Of a stretch of DNA of 60,000 bases, positions 24,832-37,110 are shown one piece after another. The notes under the pieces were generated by a model, which saw only the letters and a list, made by a program, of their open reading frames with translations, had not been told where the DNA came from and searched no databases. Position 1 is the first letter of the stretch, and every line of letters starts with the position of its first letter. The stretch spans positions 12,621,413-12,681,412 of the forward strand of contig MU053934.1 in assembly GCA_013239625.1 (NCBI GenBank), given 5' to 3'. Position numbers and translations under genes: made by a program. Source of the stretch: Lama guanicoe. Its lineage: Eukaryota.

Positions 24832-25139
24832 GGCCCACGGCACAGACAGCCCTGTAACAAGAGACCCTCGGGAGGGAGTGCAAACTGGGTCCGGCAAGCT
24901 CTACCCCGGAGACCCCAGACCAAAATATTTCCCCGACCGAGGCAACTCCTTATCCTGAAGTCTCAGCTAACTCGGCACTCGGGGACCCTTGACCTCAACA
25001 GAATCCAGGAGCCCACAGCCTGAGATCCAACTCCCTGGAGACCTTCAAGGACCACGACATCTTCAGAATCTCGAGCGGAGATCTGATCCTCTTCACCTAA
25101 AAGTCTGGGCCCAAGCCCGTGGTCAGGGGCAGAAGTCCC

Positions 25140-25620
25140 AGGACACTGACCCGCGGGGGCCCGCGAGGCAGGACGAAGGGCAGTTCACGGCCAAGGAGGG
25201 GCGAGTGCGGGGAGCCGGCAGCAGAGCCCTCCGCCAGCGCTTCCGCCTCGGACCGGAGCCGCCCCGCCCCGCCCCGCCTCCTGACCCCGTGACCCCGCGA
25301 GGCCCGCCCAGGGGCAGGGCGCGGTGCAGGGCCGGGCAGGTCTGGCGGAAGGCTCCGGGCCTGCGGGGCGTGGCCAGGCCTGCCCGGGCCCGGGGTGGGG
25401 GCGGGGTCGCCGCGGGCAGGAGGGGCCGGGTGCTGCGCGCGCTCGGCCCCGGTTGCGCCCCGAGACCGTTGGCGCCGGTGCCGGGCGGCGTGGGAGGGGC
25501 GCGCAGGCCGGCTCCTGGCGTTCGCGCTCGGCGCGCGGAGTGTTCCATAAGGCACCTGGTTCCGCAGACTGTTGAACGAGCGAATCAAAACGGAAACTGT
25601 GGAGCCCGCGGGCTACTGGC
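25140..25620. promoter_or_regulatory. CpG-island, GC-box promoter of ARSA (no obvious TATA box)
   Basis: Very high GC/CpG; tandem GC boxes ccccgccccgccccgcc at ~25262-25278; lies 300-800 nt upstream of the ARSA ATG. Confidence 0.85.
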
Positions 25621-25693
25621 TTTTCCTTCAGGGTACCTTTGGTGCTTTTCTTGAAACGTGACACCGAAAATTCTTTCCAACTCTTTCCGTGCA

Positions 25694-25802
25694 TGTGTGT
25701 GTCTGTTTGTGTGTCAGGGTATGTGTGTGCGTGATGTGCGTGTGAGTGATGTGATGAGGGATGTGTGTGTGTGTGGTGGGTGTGGGTGTGGGTGTGTGTG
25801 TG
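25694..25802. repeat. Imperfect (GT)n microsatellite
   Basis: tgtgtgtgtctgtttgtgtgt...gtgtgtgtgtggtgggtgtgggtgtgggtgtgtgtgtg. Confidence 0.85.
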
Positions 25803-26949
25803 CTGCGGGATGGGGGCATCTGAGGTCTGGTCTGCCTCTCGTTTACGACAACGGTAGAACCCATAAAAAGAGATGACCACGGCCCGGCTCCGAAGCTGGG
25901 CAGCCTTGGGTGGATGACTTCACCTTTTTGGTCCCCAGCTTACCTGTTTCAAAGTAAGAGAACGCCCCCCAGAAGGTGCTTAGGTGGGCATTTTACTCAG
26001 TGTAGCTGAGAGCCGCAAAATCAGCGCTCCCACAGAGCACCTCTCCCCCAGGGAACCCTCCCCAAGGCAGCTCTCTAGCCTCAGGCTCCCCTACAAGGTC
26101 TAACCTCAGGAAGGGCAGGATGTGGGCTGCTGGTTGGGGAGGTCTTCCCTTGGTTACTGACCCTGGAGCCGGGGGAGAGTGAACAGGGCCCTGGAAAGGC
26201 CTCGGGTCCGGGGTGGGGGCCGGGACACAGTTTCCACTGAAGCCCAGCCCTGGCTGGGGAGCTGGCATTTTCCCAATGAAACATGAATGCGCGAGGCAAG
26301 GGGTGGTGTTGGGGAGCAAAATGTGAAGGGCAGGGACTCCCAGAGATGGGGCTGGGTTTGAGCTGGGTCAGCTCCTTGCTGACCTCGTGGGGAATAGAAG
26401 GGGCTGAGCCATCCCTTGATGTCACGTTCCAGTGTGGTTTCTGGGCCTGTGCGTGTGGGTGGCCAGGACAGAAAGTTTTTCTGTGGCCCAGAAATCTTTG
26501 AATCACCTGTAATTGGAGCTATCACAGCTGGTCGGTGCTGTGAATTTGAGTTTAAAAGGAATCAACCAAAAGCACTTTCTTCCCTTTCAGCGCAAGCTGG
26601 GAGCTATCCCAGGCAGCAGAGGACCTGCCCTTATTCTCTGGAAGAGCCTGCCTGTGGTTGTAATGTTATGCAAATGGCTGGCACTTTCCCCTGCAGTCCC
26701 TGGAGGCTGCTAAGGTGTGTTCACACAGGACAGCAGAGCCAGCCCAGCCCTGACCTCTGGGTGGGGGTAGAGGGTGTGCTGCCAGCTATGTTTGTTCAAA
26801 GCCAAGCTCTGCAGGCGTTTGAGTCTTTCGGAGATCTGAGTCTTTCTTAGCATTGCTGCGGGAGCCGGCAGGAGGGTCAGCTTGGGACAGAGCCCTGGTG
26901 GGAGGCAGCCTGCCAGGGTGCGAAAAGCCACTCTGGTTGCCTGGGACAG

Positions 26950-28890
26950 TGCTAATTTGGAACTAACACCCACAGTTATGAGGGGGGCCTTGCAACGAGC
27001 GTTGCGGGTCTTGTCTTTCTGAACCCAGGACAAGGAAGTGGCCTCCCTCTCCCGGGCCTGCGTGGGCTGGGTGTGGTGGGTGAACACTTGGCCCATGTGA
27101 AGGGATTCTGCACTGTTTCCTAGGGCTGGCCGATGTGGGAACCCAGGACACTGGAGGCCATTTGTGCAGCCCCACCCCACCCCTTGGGTCTGCTCTGCCC
27201 TCCTTTCCCTCAGCAGCCATGACTCCTGTCTGCTGGATACTAGAGGAAACCTATCCCAAATCAGGCAAAACTGACAGTGAGCATAGGTTCTAGATCTGAG
27301 GGGCAAGGATGGTGTTGTCTGTGCTCTGGTAATTAAAACCAGGGCTCATGACAGCCCATGTGAATGAAGACAAGATGCTGGAAACTCCTTGGTTTAATGG
27401 AGAAAAAGTCATCCCAGGACAGAGAGAGATAGGAGTGTATTGTGCTTGATCTGCTAAGTTGTCCCCTAACTGTCCTCTGCCAGGGCCTGGGGGACCCTAT
27501 CAAGCTATTAAGAGGTGTATTTTGGAGTCAGGAAGGAAGCAGCAATACCGTTGAAAGGCTCTGGGGAGCTGGCATTGCAGGGTGGAAGTTAAATGGAATG
27601 AAAGGATACTGGGATGGCAGAGGCCATGTGGCCAAGCAGGTATTGTCGCCATCATGGTCAGCAAGAATGGTGTGGCCTCAGGGATTTTTGGCTCATTGGC
27701 CACGGAGTCACCCTCCCAGACAAAAACAGGAGACAGCACTAGTGGAGGCGGGGGTGGTGGTGGAAAGACCCTGGGTCTCAGCAACATGGCCCAGACTTGA
27801 CTCACAATGCAGCTTCTCTTCCAATTCCTGGACATGAGTCACTGACAGACCCGGAGCCCTCTGCCAGAGGAAGAGACCTGGCGGAATCACCCAGGGCTGT
27901 ACTACCTTCTCCCTGGCTTCCCCTGCAGAGGAGGGTATGGCCTTTGGCCAGGATGGCTGTGCACTAGGGGAAGGCTCTCAGGGACTGCTGAGCATTGGCT
28001 CTGAGCTAACGCTACTTCCCAGATATTCCGATGCCCCCATAGTCCACTAATCAGAGGGGGGCTTTGGAGATTAGATGAGACATACATTTTGGGCCTCAGG
28101 TTATCTCACAATGGATATAGTGGTTATGTGAGTTTATCTTGCATTAATTTCCCTGGTTCTCAAGCCAAAATATCTATTTGAATAGATATATTGAGCAGCT
28201 GGCCAATGTAACATTACCTGTGGATCCATGCAAGGACTCTGAAGGTGGGAAGCCCGATGGAGGCTACTGGATTTCGCCCCCTGTATCGGTCAAGGGAACA
28301 CCAGCTACTTTGACATATCAACCCCCAAATCTCAGTGACTTAATAACACAAGACATTTATTTCTTACTCACAGAAAGTCCAGTTTGCAACAAAGGCAGGA
28401 GTGGGGGGAGTCTCTGTTCCACATAATCATTTAGGGACCCCTACCATTTTTGACATGTGGATTTAGGGTCATCCTAGATGCCTGCCTCCAGCCAGCAGAA
28501 GGGTGAAGAGACAGCATGCGGGATTGAGCAGGAAGTATTTATGGGTCAGGCCTAGGAGTGGCGCACATCGTTTCTACCCAAACCAACTCCACATTCTCTG
28601 CCACGGCCCTACCTAGATGCAAAAGGGGCTGGAAAACACAGGCCTCGACTCAGAGGTGTCGTCTGCTGGGGTATCAGCCTCCTGATACCTCAGTTTGCTG
28701 ACTGTGGCAAAAAGAGGAAATCCCCAGGGGACCAGTTCTACTGTGTTGTCGGAGGAGAGTGTACTTCTAGGAGCTCAGGCTGGATGTTTCAGTACATCCA
28801 ATGACTGCAGGCACTAATTCCACATACTAAATCCTTTTCTGCTCAAACTAGACATACATGGGCCTGTAATCTACACTCAAACCCTAGCTT
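26950..28890. mobile_element. Ancient ERVL internal/LTR remnants with an MLT1-like piece (~28280-28640)
   Basis: ccaattcctggacatgagtcactgacagacccggagccc resembles the ERVL gag-end motif; ctcagtgacttaataacacaagacatttatttcttactcac is MLT1-like. Boundaries approximate. Confidence 0.4.
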
Positions 28891-29749
28891 TCACAGTCAG
28901 TGAGATGAGAGGTGGAGGAACAAGGAAGCCATGGTGTGAGGGGTTACTTGGAGAGACAGGGATGATGTCAGAACTTGGGGTGAGCAGACAACCTGTGATC
29001 AAGTTGTTGAAGTTCTCACTGAGTGAGAGGATGTGGTTGACCATGTGGGACCCATTTGATTACTGCTGTATTCTTAGCACCTTACCTTCATAATCTGGTG
29101 TGTGTGTGTAAGTGTAATAAACATTTAAAAATGCAGCATCTCCTTCTGTTTGTTTATGCATTCATTTAATAGCTGTCCAGCAAACAATCATTAAATACTT
29201 CGATGCTCTGACTGCTGTAGCTGAATAAGAAAAACAAACTTCCAACAATATAATCTAAAACTCCTCTATTGCAAAACACTTGGAAATGCTGACGAAAATT
29301 TAGTAAGTGGAAACTAAAAGCACCTGAGTAAGCAAGTGTGATTTTAGGGACATTCTGAATACCAGGAACTTAAAGCTTTGGGTTTTAACGATGCTTAGGA
29401 GGCCAGAGATGGGGACTTGGGCCCAGGCAATATAAGAAGTTGGAATTGATTCCCACATAAAATCAGGATTTTAAAAGACCCATAATTTCAATGAAAGGCT
29501 AGAAACACTGGGGAAAAAAAAAAACTGCTTTCCAGGAAAGAGAAATGAGAGATTTTATAACAACCTTACCACAAGACAGAAATCAAACCTCCCTTCAGAA
29601 TTCGTAAGTATAGACTTACCTTCAAATAGGAGTGGATTTTAAATATATACCACCTCAGTGGTTTGGAATTGAGTTGAAGTGGTTATAGGTTGGCAGCATT
29701 GGGGCACCTAGCAGAAGCAAATGCATATCACCTCTGGAGGAGTTCAGCC

Positions 29750-32700
29750 TCAACTCAATCTCCCAGGTTCCCATAGACTGGATTAACCAAACCTGTGATC
29801 ATAATCTAAAAATCACAAAACATGTAAGTATGCTAAAAATGGTCATAGAGATGAAAGATGCAATTGGAAACCTGAACAAGGAATGAGAAACAACTAGAAA
29901 GCATCAGAAAAAAGAAAAAGGACAGAATCTGATAGATTTAAAAGGAACAAAATGTAACTTAAGGAATGAAAAATAGAGTAATTGAAATTCCAATGGACAG
30001 GTTAATAGCAAACTAGACACAGTTGAGAATTACTAAACTAGAAGACGGGTCTGAAGAAATTACCCAGAATACAAAATAGATAGACTAGGAGGTGTGAACA
30101 TTTTACAGAAGTTAGAATGAGAAGGTCTGATATATTTTTAAAAAGTTTAATCTTAAAAATTTTTCACAATTTACATTTTTAATTAAATATACTCACAATG
30201 TTGCGGAACCAACGGCACTATTCATTTCTAGAACTTTTTCGTAATTCCAAACAGCAACCCTGTAGCCATTAACAACCACCACCTGTTCTCTCCTCCCCCC
30301 AGCCCTTGGTAACCTGTGTTCTGCTTTCTGTGTCTGTGAATTTGCCTATTCTAGGTACCTCATACAAGTAGAGTCACATAATGTTTGTCCTTTTGTGAAT
30401 GGCTTATTTCCCTTCACATGTTTTCAAGGGTCACCCTTGAGGTCCAACATATTTTTAACAGAAGATACTAAGGAAATATCATATTTAAAAAGATAATAGC
30501 AGCGAAGTTTCTGATTCAATGAAAGACGTAACTCCTTAGGTTCAGGAGTCACAACAAATCCCAAACAGGACAATTGAAACTAAAAAAAGACACCTAGGCA
30601 CAACATGTTGAAATCGGATACTATCAAACACAAAGTCTTAAAAGTGACCAGAGAGAGCAGATTACCTAAAGAAAGAATAACAATTAAAAACAGCATTTAT
30701 TTTGGTGGCAACAGTAGAACCCAGATGACAACAGAACAGCCAACTTAACATGTGGAGTGTAAATAATCATTAGTCTAGAACTGTGTTCCTAGGGGAGCTA
30801 GTTGCCTATTCTGACATCCATCATGCCTTCTTCCTCTCAACAAAGCCCAGATTTTCTAGGGGGCAGTAATGTGCTCACCCAAGGAAGAACACTTTCTAGC
30901 TTTACTTGCAGCCAGACCTAGTTCTGGCCAATAGGATGTAAGCAGTTATTGGGTAAGATATCAAAAATGTTCCTAAAGAGGGTTAGACACTTGTTCATAA
31001 TGAAAAACTCTCTACGGACAAGGACTAGGAGGTAACTTCCTAAATCTAATAAAGGGTATCTGCAAACAACCTTCAGATAACATTATACTTAGAGAAATAT
31101 CAAGTATTTCCCCCATGACTGAGAGCAAAGCAAGAATGCCTGCTCCTACCACTGCTATGTGACACTGCACTGGTGGGCCTAGCCACTGCAACAAGGCAAG
31201 AAAAACAAGAGGCATAAAAATTCAAAAGAAGAAAGTATTTTGCTATTTACTGATTACCTGATTATTTAGTAAAAAATCCTAAGTAACCTAAAAAATACTG
31301 CTAGAACTAAGTGAATTTAACACAATTATAGGCCACAAAATTTATACACAAAATTGGTTGCATTTTTGTACACTAGCAGTAAACAATTATAACATGAAAT
31401 TTAAAAAAAGTTCATTTGCAATAATGTGAAATAACAAACTCCTCAGGAACAAATTTAACAAAAACGTGTAAGAACACAACACTGAAACATTAAGCCTTGC
31501 TGAGATAATTAAGGAAGACCAAAATAAATGAGGAGAAATGTCACATTCAAACATTAGAAGATCCAGTTTGGTTAAGATGTCCATTCTCTCTAAATATATT
31601 ATAGACTCAATGTAATACCAATCAAATTCTCAGCGGGTTTTTAATTTTTGTAGAAACTGACAAGCTGATTCTAAAACATACATACAGAAATAAAAATGAC
31701 CTAGAATAGCTAACAAAATTTAAAAAGAACAAAGTTGCAGGACTTACACTATCTGATTTCAAGATAATACAGAGTTATAGAAATTAAGATTGAATGGTAT
31801 TGGGGAAAGTACATAAATATAGATTAAAGGAAAAGAATAGAGAATTCAGAAATAGACCCACATATTATGTGGTCAACTGATTTTCAACAAATGTGCAAAG
31901 GCAATTCAGTGGGAAAGGGAAGCCTTTCCAAAAATGGTTTTGGGAGGTCCCTAAAATAGTCCAATACGTAGAGACAGACAGTAGATAGTAGTTCCCAGGG
32001 GCTGGGGGAGGCGAGGTGGACAGTTACTGTTTAATGGGCACAGAGCTTCCAAACAGGATGATGAGAAAGCTCTGGAGAAGTGGTGATGGCTGCACGATGT
32101 AAGTGTACTTAATGCCACAGAACTAGACACTTAAAATGGTTAACATAGTACATTTTATGTTATATACATTGTACCACAGTAAAAAAATTTTTTTAAATAA
32201 TCTAAAATGGCATGAAACAACAGGACACCCCAAAAGGGAAAATACAGACATCAACTTTTTCTTGACACCACAAACAAAAATTAACTTGAAAATAATCATA
32301 GAACTAAATGTAAAAGTTAAAACTACAACTTCTAGTGGAAAACACAGAAGGAAAGTTTTATGACCTTGTAGTAGGCAAAGATTTCTTAGATAAGACAAAG
32401 AATATAAATGATAAAAGAAAAAAAATCGATGGACTCTGTAATAATGAAAAGCTTTTGTTTTTTGAATGAAGCTGTTACAAAGGTGAAAGGCAAGCCACAA
32501 AATTAGAGAAATTTTGCAATACACACATTTTACCAAAAAATTTGTTCCCGTAATATATGAAGAGCTCCTAAATTTCAATTAGGCAAATTTTAAAAAAATG
32601 GGCAATAGACTTGAACACACACTTCACGAAAGACATGTGAATAGCTAATAAGCACATGAAAAGAGGCTTAATATTAGTCATTAGAGAAATGCAAATTTAA

Positions 32701-33000
32701 ACACACAGAGATACCACTACACATCCACAAAAATGGCTAAAAATTAAAAAGCCAGGAAATACCAAGTGTTGGCAAGGATGTGGAAGAAATAGACAAAGAT
32801 GGGATGTAAAACGGTACTACCGTTCTGGAAAACTGCTTGCCAATGTCTTAAAAAGTTAACAAAAATACTCATAGCAGTTTTACTCATATTGTCCCAAACT
32901 AGAAACAACCCAAATATGCATATCAACAGATGAACTGGTAAGAAAAATGTGGTGTTTTCATAAAATGCAATACTACTGAGAACAGAAAGAAGGAACTGAG
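29750..33000 (+). mobile_element. Nested old L1 cluster: ORF1 and ORF2 remnants, an antisense L1 tail (30141-30439), an MLT-like piece (~30781-30985) and a sense L1 tail (~31945-32200)
   Basis: A-rich L1 ORF2 motifs (gcaagaatgcctgctcctaccactgct, cagaaatagacccacat, attagagaaatgcaaat); near-TSD aggtctgatatattttta / aggtccaacatattttta. Confidence 0.8.
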
Positions 33001-33455
33001 TGGGATTTACCCCTAGCAGGGCTTCTCTTCAGAGTGGTGGGTGGAGGCAGGCAGGTGGAAGGGGACTCTGGCAAAAAGCAGGCCAGGGATCCCTGTCACT
33101 GAGGAAGCTGAGGAGGAGGGGCTAGGAATTACCTTAAAAACAGTGAAGCCCCTCCCTGCACTGACAGCTCCACTGCTTCTCTGGCCCAGCGGTCTCTCCA
33201 GGCCCTCACCTCACTACATTTGGGGAGGGGAGCAGTTCTTCGACCCCACCTCACCTTAGCAGGGTCCCCCGTTGCCCGGCTACCCCCTGCCCCAGCAGTC
33301 TTCATGCCATTCTGGCTGTGCGGCCAGCTCTTCAGTTTTTGTTGTCTTTTCCATCTTCTGATCCATCTGCATCATGTCTCCCTGAGATTCCATTCACAAT
33401 CCATGTGTCTGTCTTCCAGCACTAGGGTGGATTCATTATTTAAAAATACACATTG

Positions 33456-33576
33456 GAGGGAGGGTATAGCTCAGTGGTAGAGTGCGTGCCTAGCTTACCA
33501 AGGTCCTGGGTTCAATCCCCAGCACCATCATTAAAAATAAATAAATAAATAAAACCCTAATTTCCTCCCCCTCAAA
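33456..33576 (+). mobile_element. tRNA-derived SINE (camelid Vic-1-like)
   Basis: A box tagctcagtgg, B box ggttcaatccc, (taaa)n tail; 14-bp TSD aaaaatacacattg (33442-33455 / 33577-33590). Confidence 0.88.
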
Positions 33577-34589
33577 AAAAATACACATTGAAAAAAAAGG
33601 TTTCATAACAAGAAAAAAAATACACTTTGTTCTTTTTAACACTAATGTATTCTGCACTTAAAAATGGTTAAGATGGTAAAATTTATGCTATGTATTTTTT
33701 TTTATCGTAATAAAAAAAACTTCACGTAGTTCTTAAACTGTCAGTGATCTTTGGGAAGAAGGAGAGGTGAACACCTGGGCAAAACTCCCAGTCTTGAACC
33801 AAAAGGTAAGGGGAAGACTAGATGTGAAATTAACCAGGCATGTATTTCTCCCTTTTAATTTCACTGTGAAAATAATACTTTAAGTCTAATGATCTAAGAA
33901 CATACAACAAAGCTCAGCCACCCTTAACACGGCTCTAAGTTTTGCCACCAAATGGGAATAACGTACATTAGAACTCACTCCTTTGGTTGAGAGGACAGAA
34001 ACCAAATTTGAACCAGCTTTATGATTATAGTAAAAATGTGTTTACTATGTACCAGGCACATGGTGAGCATTTCACATCCATGTATCTCAACCAGCCTGCA
34101 CAATGGCCCAGGGGGACAGGAGTCAGCGTGTCAGTCCCTGAAGGCAGGTGCCTGGCATGGGGCCTGCACGAGGGCTACTATTGTCCCCAACTTCCAGAGC
34201 TCATGCGGAGACACAGGGAAGCTAGGCAGCTTTCCCAGGCCACCAGGGCATCTGGTAGTTGAGCAGGGAGTCCAATCCAGGCCAGCCCTTCCACCTCTCT
34301 TTTACATGGACTTTCAACCTAGAAGGGAAACTTACTGGCTCTTAAAACCAAATGCAAGAAAGGCAGATTTCAGGGACAAGCTGGGGCTCAGCCTCTTCAG
34401 ATCCCTCCTTGTCTCTGGTATCTGCACTCCTCTCTGGGCTACTTTCTTCCCGAGGCTGGAGCCTGGGTCAGCAGTAGCTCCTGAGCTGCACTCGCCTGTG
34501 TATGCCAGGGGCAGAGAAAGAGAAGGTGCCAGAGCAGGGTTCTCACTGGCCCTGCTTGGGCCACAGCTCACTGCCATGTGTCAGACCCT

Positions 34590-34780
34590 GGTTCCTCCAC
34601 TGACATGTGACTTTGGCAAGTTAAGCTACTTCTAGCTTGCTTTGTTTCCTCATCGGTTGAATAAGGACAAAGATGGTCTTGCTTAGGGATTTGGTGATGA
34701 CTGAATGAGCTAGTACATGTCATACACTTAGACTGACATGCAGTGCTCAAAAACCTGGTGAGCATTCTATTTTCATAGTT
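34590..34780 (+). mobile_element. MIR SINE
   Basis: tgtgactttggcaagttaa...tttcctcatcggttgaata. Confidence 0.7.
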
Positions 34781-34849
34781 CTTATTATATATTTCTTTTT
34801 CATTTAAATAATTTTCATAAAGCTTTGTGGTGGTCTCCCTGGTGCAGTC

Positions 34850-37110
34850 TCCCTACGAAGTTGTAACCACTGCCTGTCCTGCACAATTTTGGAGTCTGAA
34901 GTATGCTGTTCTTTGTGGTCCTCAGGACCACCAAGCCAAGACAGATAACATACAAGGAGTCCTGGGCAGGCCACACTCCTCTGAGGGACATATTAAGGCT
35001 GCCCAGGATTTCCACAGAAATACAGGCCCAACTGAATTCATAACCCAAGTCACAAAATTCTCACAGAAAGAATCCACCATGGATCAGTCGGTGAGCACCG
35101 CAAAGAGCAGGATTAGACCACCAAAAAGCTCCTACACAAAGAAACTATTGACTAGAATTAAAAAATTTATATTTTTGAAATGATTAAAGACAGAAGAAAT
35201 CTAAAAATGCATCAAATAAGAAAGAAAAAGACAATATAAAGAAAGAGCAAGCAGATTTGATAATATACAAAATAAGGCTTGTAGAAATAAAATCTATGGT
35301 CATTGAAATTTAAAATCTATAGGAAAAAAGCCCTCTATGAATGGGATTAACAGCAGAGTCAACTCGAGCAGAATTAGTGAGACAGAAGTCAGAAATGGGA
35401 AAATTACCCAGAATGAAGCACATGGAAAGAAAAATCTTCAAAATATTGAAGAAAAAAAAACTTGTCAATTTAGAATTCTGCACTGGCTAAATTATCATTC
35501 AAGAATGAGGGTGACACAAGATATTTCAAAGACAAAGAATTTGTCACTACCAGACGTTCATTAAAAAATTTTTTTCATAGTGTGTACCAGCAGGAAGAAG
35601 AAAATTCAAGCCAGAAGGAAAGTGAGTAAAGAGCTGGTTGACATGTGACTCAGTCTAAACATGGTTCACTGCTCTACAGAGCAGCAACAATATTTAAAAT
35701 TCTTACTATACATGGAAGGAAGGTAGAGAGATTAATTAACTTCAGACTCTGTTAATCATGCATGCTAAAAATCTAAGTGCATTTATGAAAATGATGTAAC
35801 ATGTCACTTCCAAAACAACGGGAGTTGTGGGAAAGGGAATGAAGATAACATGATAATCAAACGGAAGGACCAAAGGGAGAAAAGCAGCACCAAGGAGGGA
35901 AAAGACCCCAAAACACACAATAAAGTGGGAAAGACACAACAACGCACAATAAGGTGGGAAAAACCAATTATAACATATCACTAATCACAATAAAACATCA
36001 TTAAAGGTTGAAAATTCTGAGATTGGTTTTTATAAAAGTCTGGCTACAAATACTACTTACCAGAAGCACACCTAAGAATACAGGATGAAGAAAGGATAAA
36101 AGGAAAGTGATGGAAAAAGGTATATGAGGTTAATACAAAAAAAAGTATTGTGGTTCTATTAATTATTGAAAAATAAAGTTAAGGCAAAGGCATCACTAGG
36201 GATAAAGAAGGGCACCACATAGTGATAACAGGAACACTTTATCAGGAAGCTATAGTGATGCCAAACTTGTCAACATTAAAAACAAAGTCTGAAAAGACAT
36301 GTAAACCCCATATTGGCAAATTTCATGGAGAAATGGCTAAAATGGGATTTTATCTCACTCCTGTTAGTAATTTATAAATCAAGCAGATGGAACATTAGAA
36401 AGGGTGTAGAATATTTGAATAATACAAGTAATAAGGTCGATACAATGGAGATTACACATCTCCTTGCATCCAGTAATTCCTATTGGACTATACATATGGC
36501 TATAAAGAAAGTCTTCATAAGATCCCACAGATCAGTATTATGCAGACCATCTTCCTTGACCACAGTGCAATGAAATAATAAATCAGTAGCCAAAGGTTAG
36601 TCCTCCCTCCCCCAAAACCTAGTATACACTTGAAATTTTAAATAAGCATGCTTTTCAGCAATTCCTAAAGCAAACAATATAATTGATATTAGAAAATTCA
36701 AGAGATGAAATTAAAAATACTACTTATCAAGACTTACTGGACATAACTAAAATGGCACTTGGAAATTTACAGCCTGAAATGCTCATTGTTGGAAAAGAGA
36801 AAGACTGAAAATTGAGTTAAGTATCCAGTTGAAGAAATAAGAAAAAGAATCTTAACAACAACCAAAACAGTAGAGAGAAATAAACAGAATAAAACAAAAT
36901 AGAAATAGAAATGATGAACAAAATGAAAAGTTGATTCTTTAGAAATATATTTGTGTTCCTAGAAATATAAAACACATCAGACTCAGGTTGAAATAGAACC
37001 TAAATATACTGATAGATGTTAAAATAACTAGAAGCCATAAAAAAAAAAAACTATCCACAAAAATTATATGAGGTCCAGACGGCTTTACAGTCAACTGAAC
37101 ATTCAAGGAT
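34850..37110 (+). mobile_element. Old L1 (ORF1 through endonuclease region of ORF2), degraded
   Basis: gaaaattacccagaatgaagca, agaattctgcactggctaaattatcattcaag, agggataaagaagggcaccacatagtgataa. Confidence 0.75.

Noticed and set aside
33456..33530. tRNA-like sequences (also at 2704 and 21575)
   Set aside because: They are SINE heads with A-rich tails and TSDs, and the stems are degenerate, so they are not tRNA genes.
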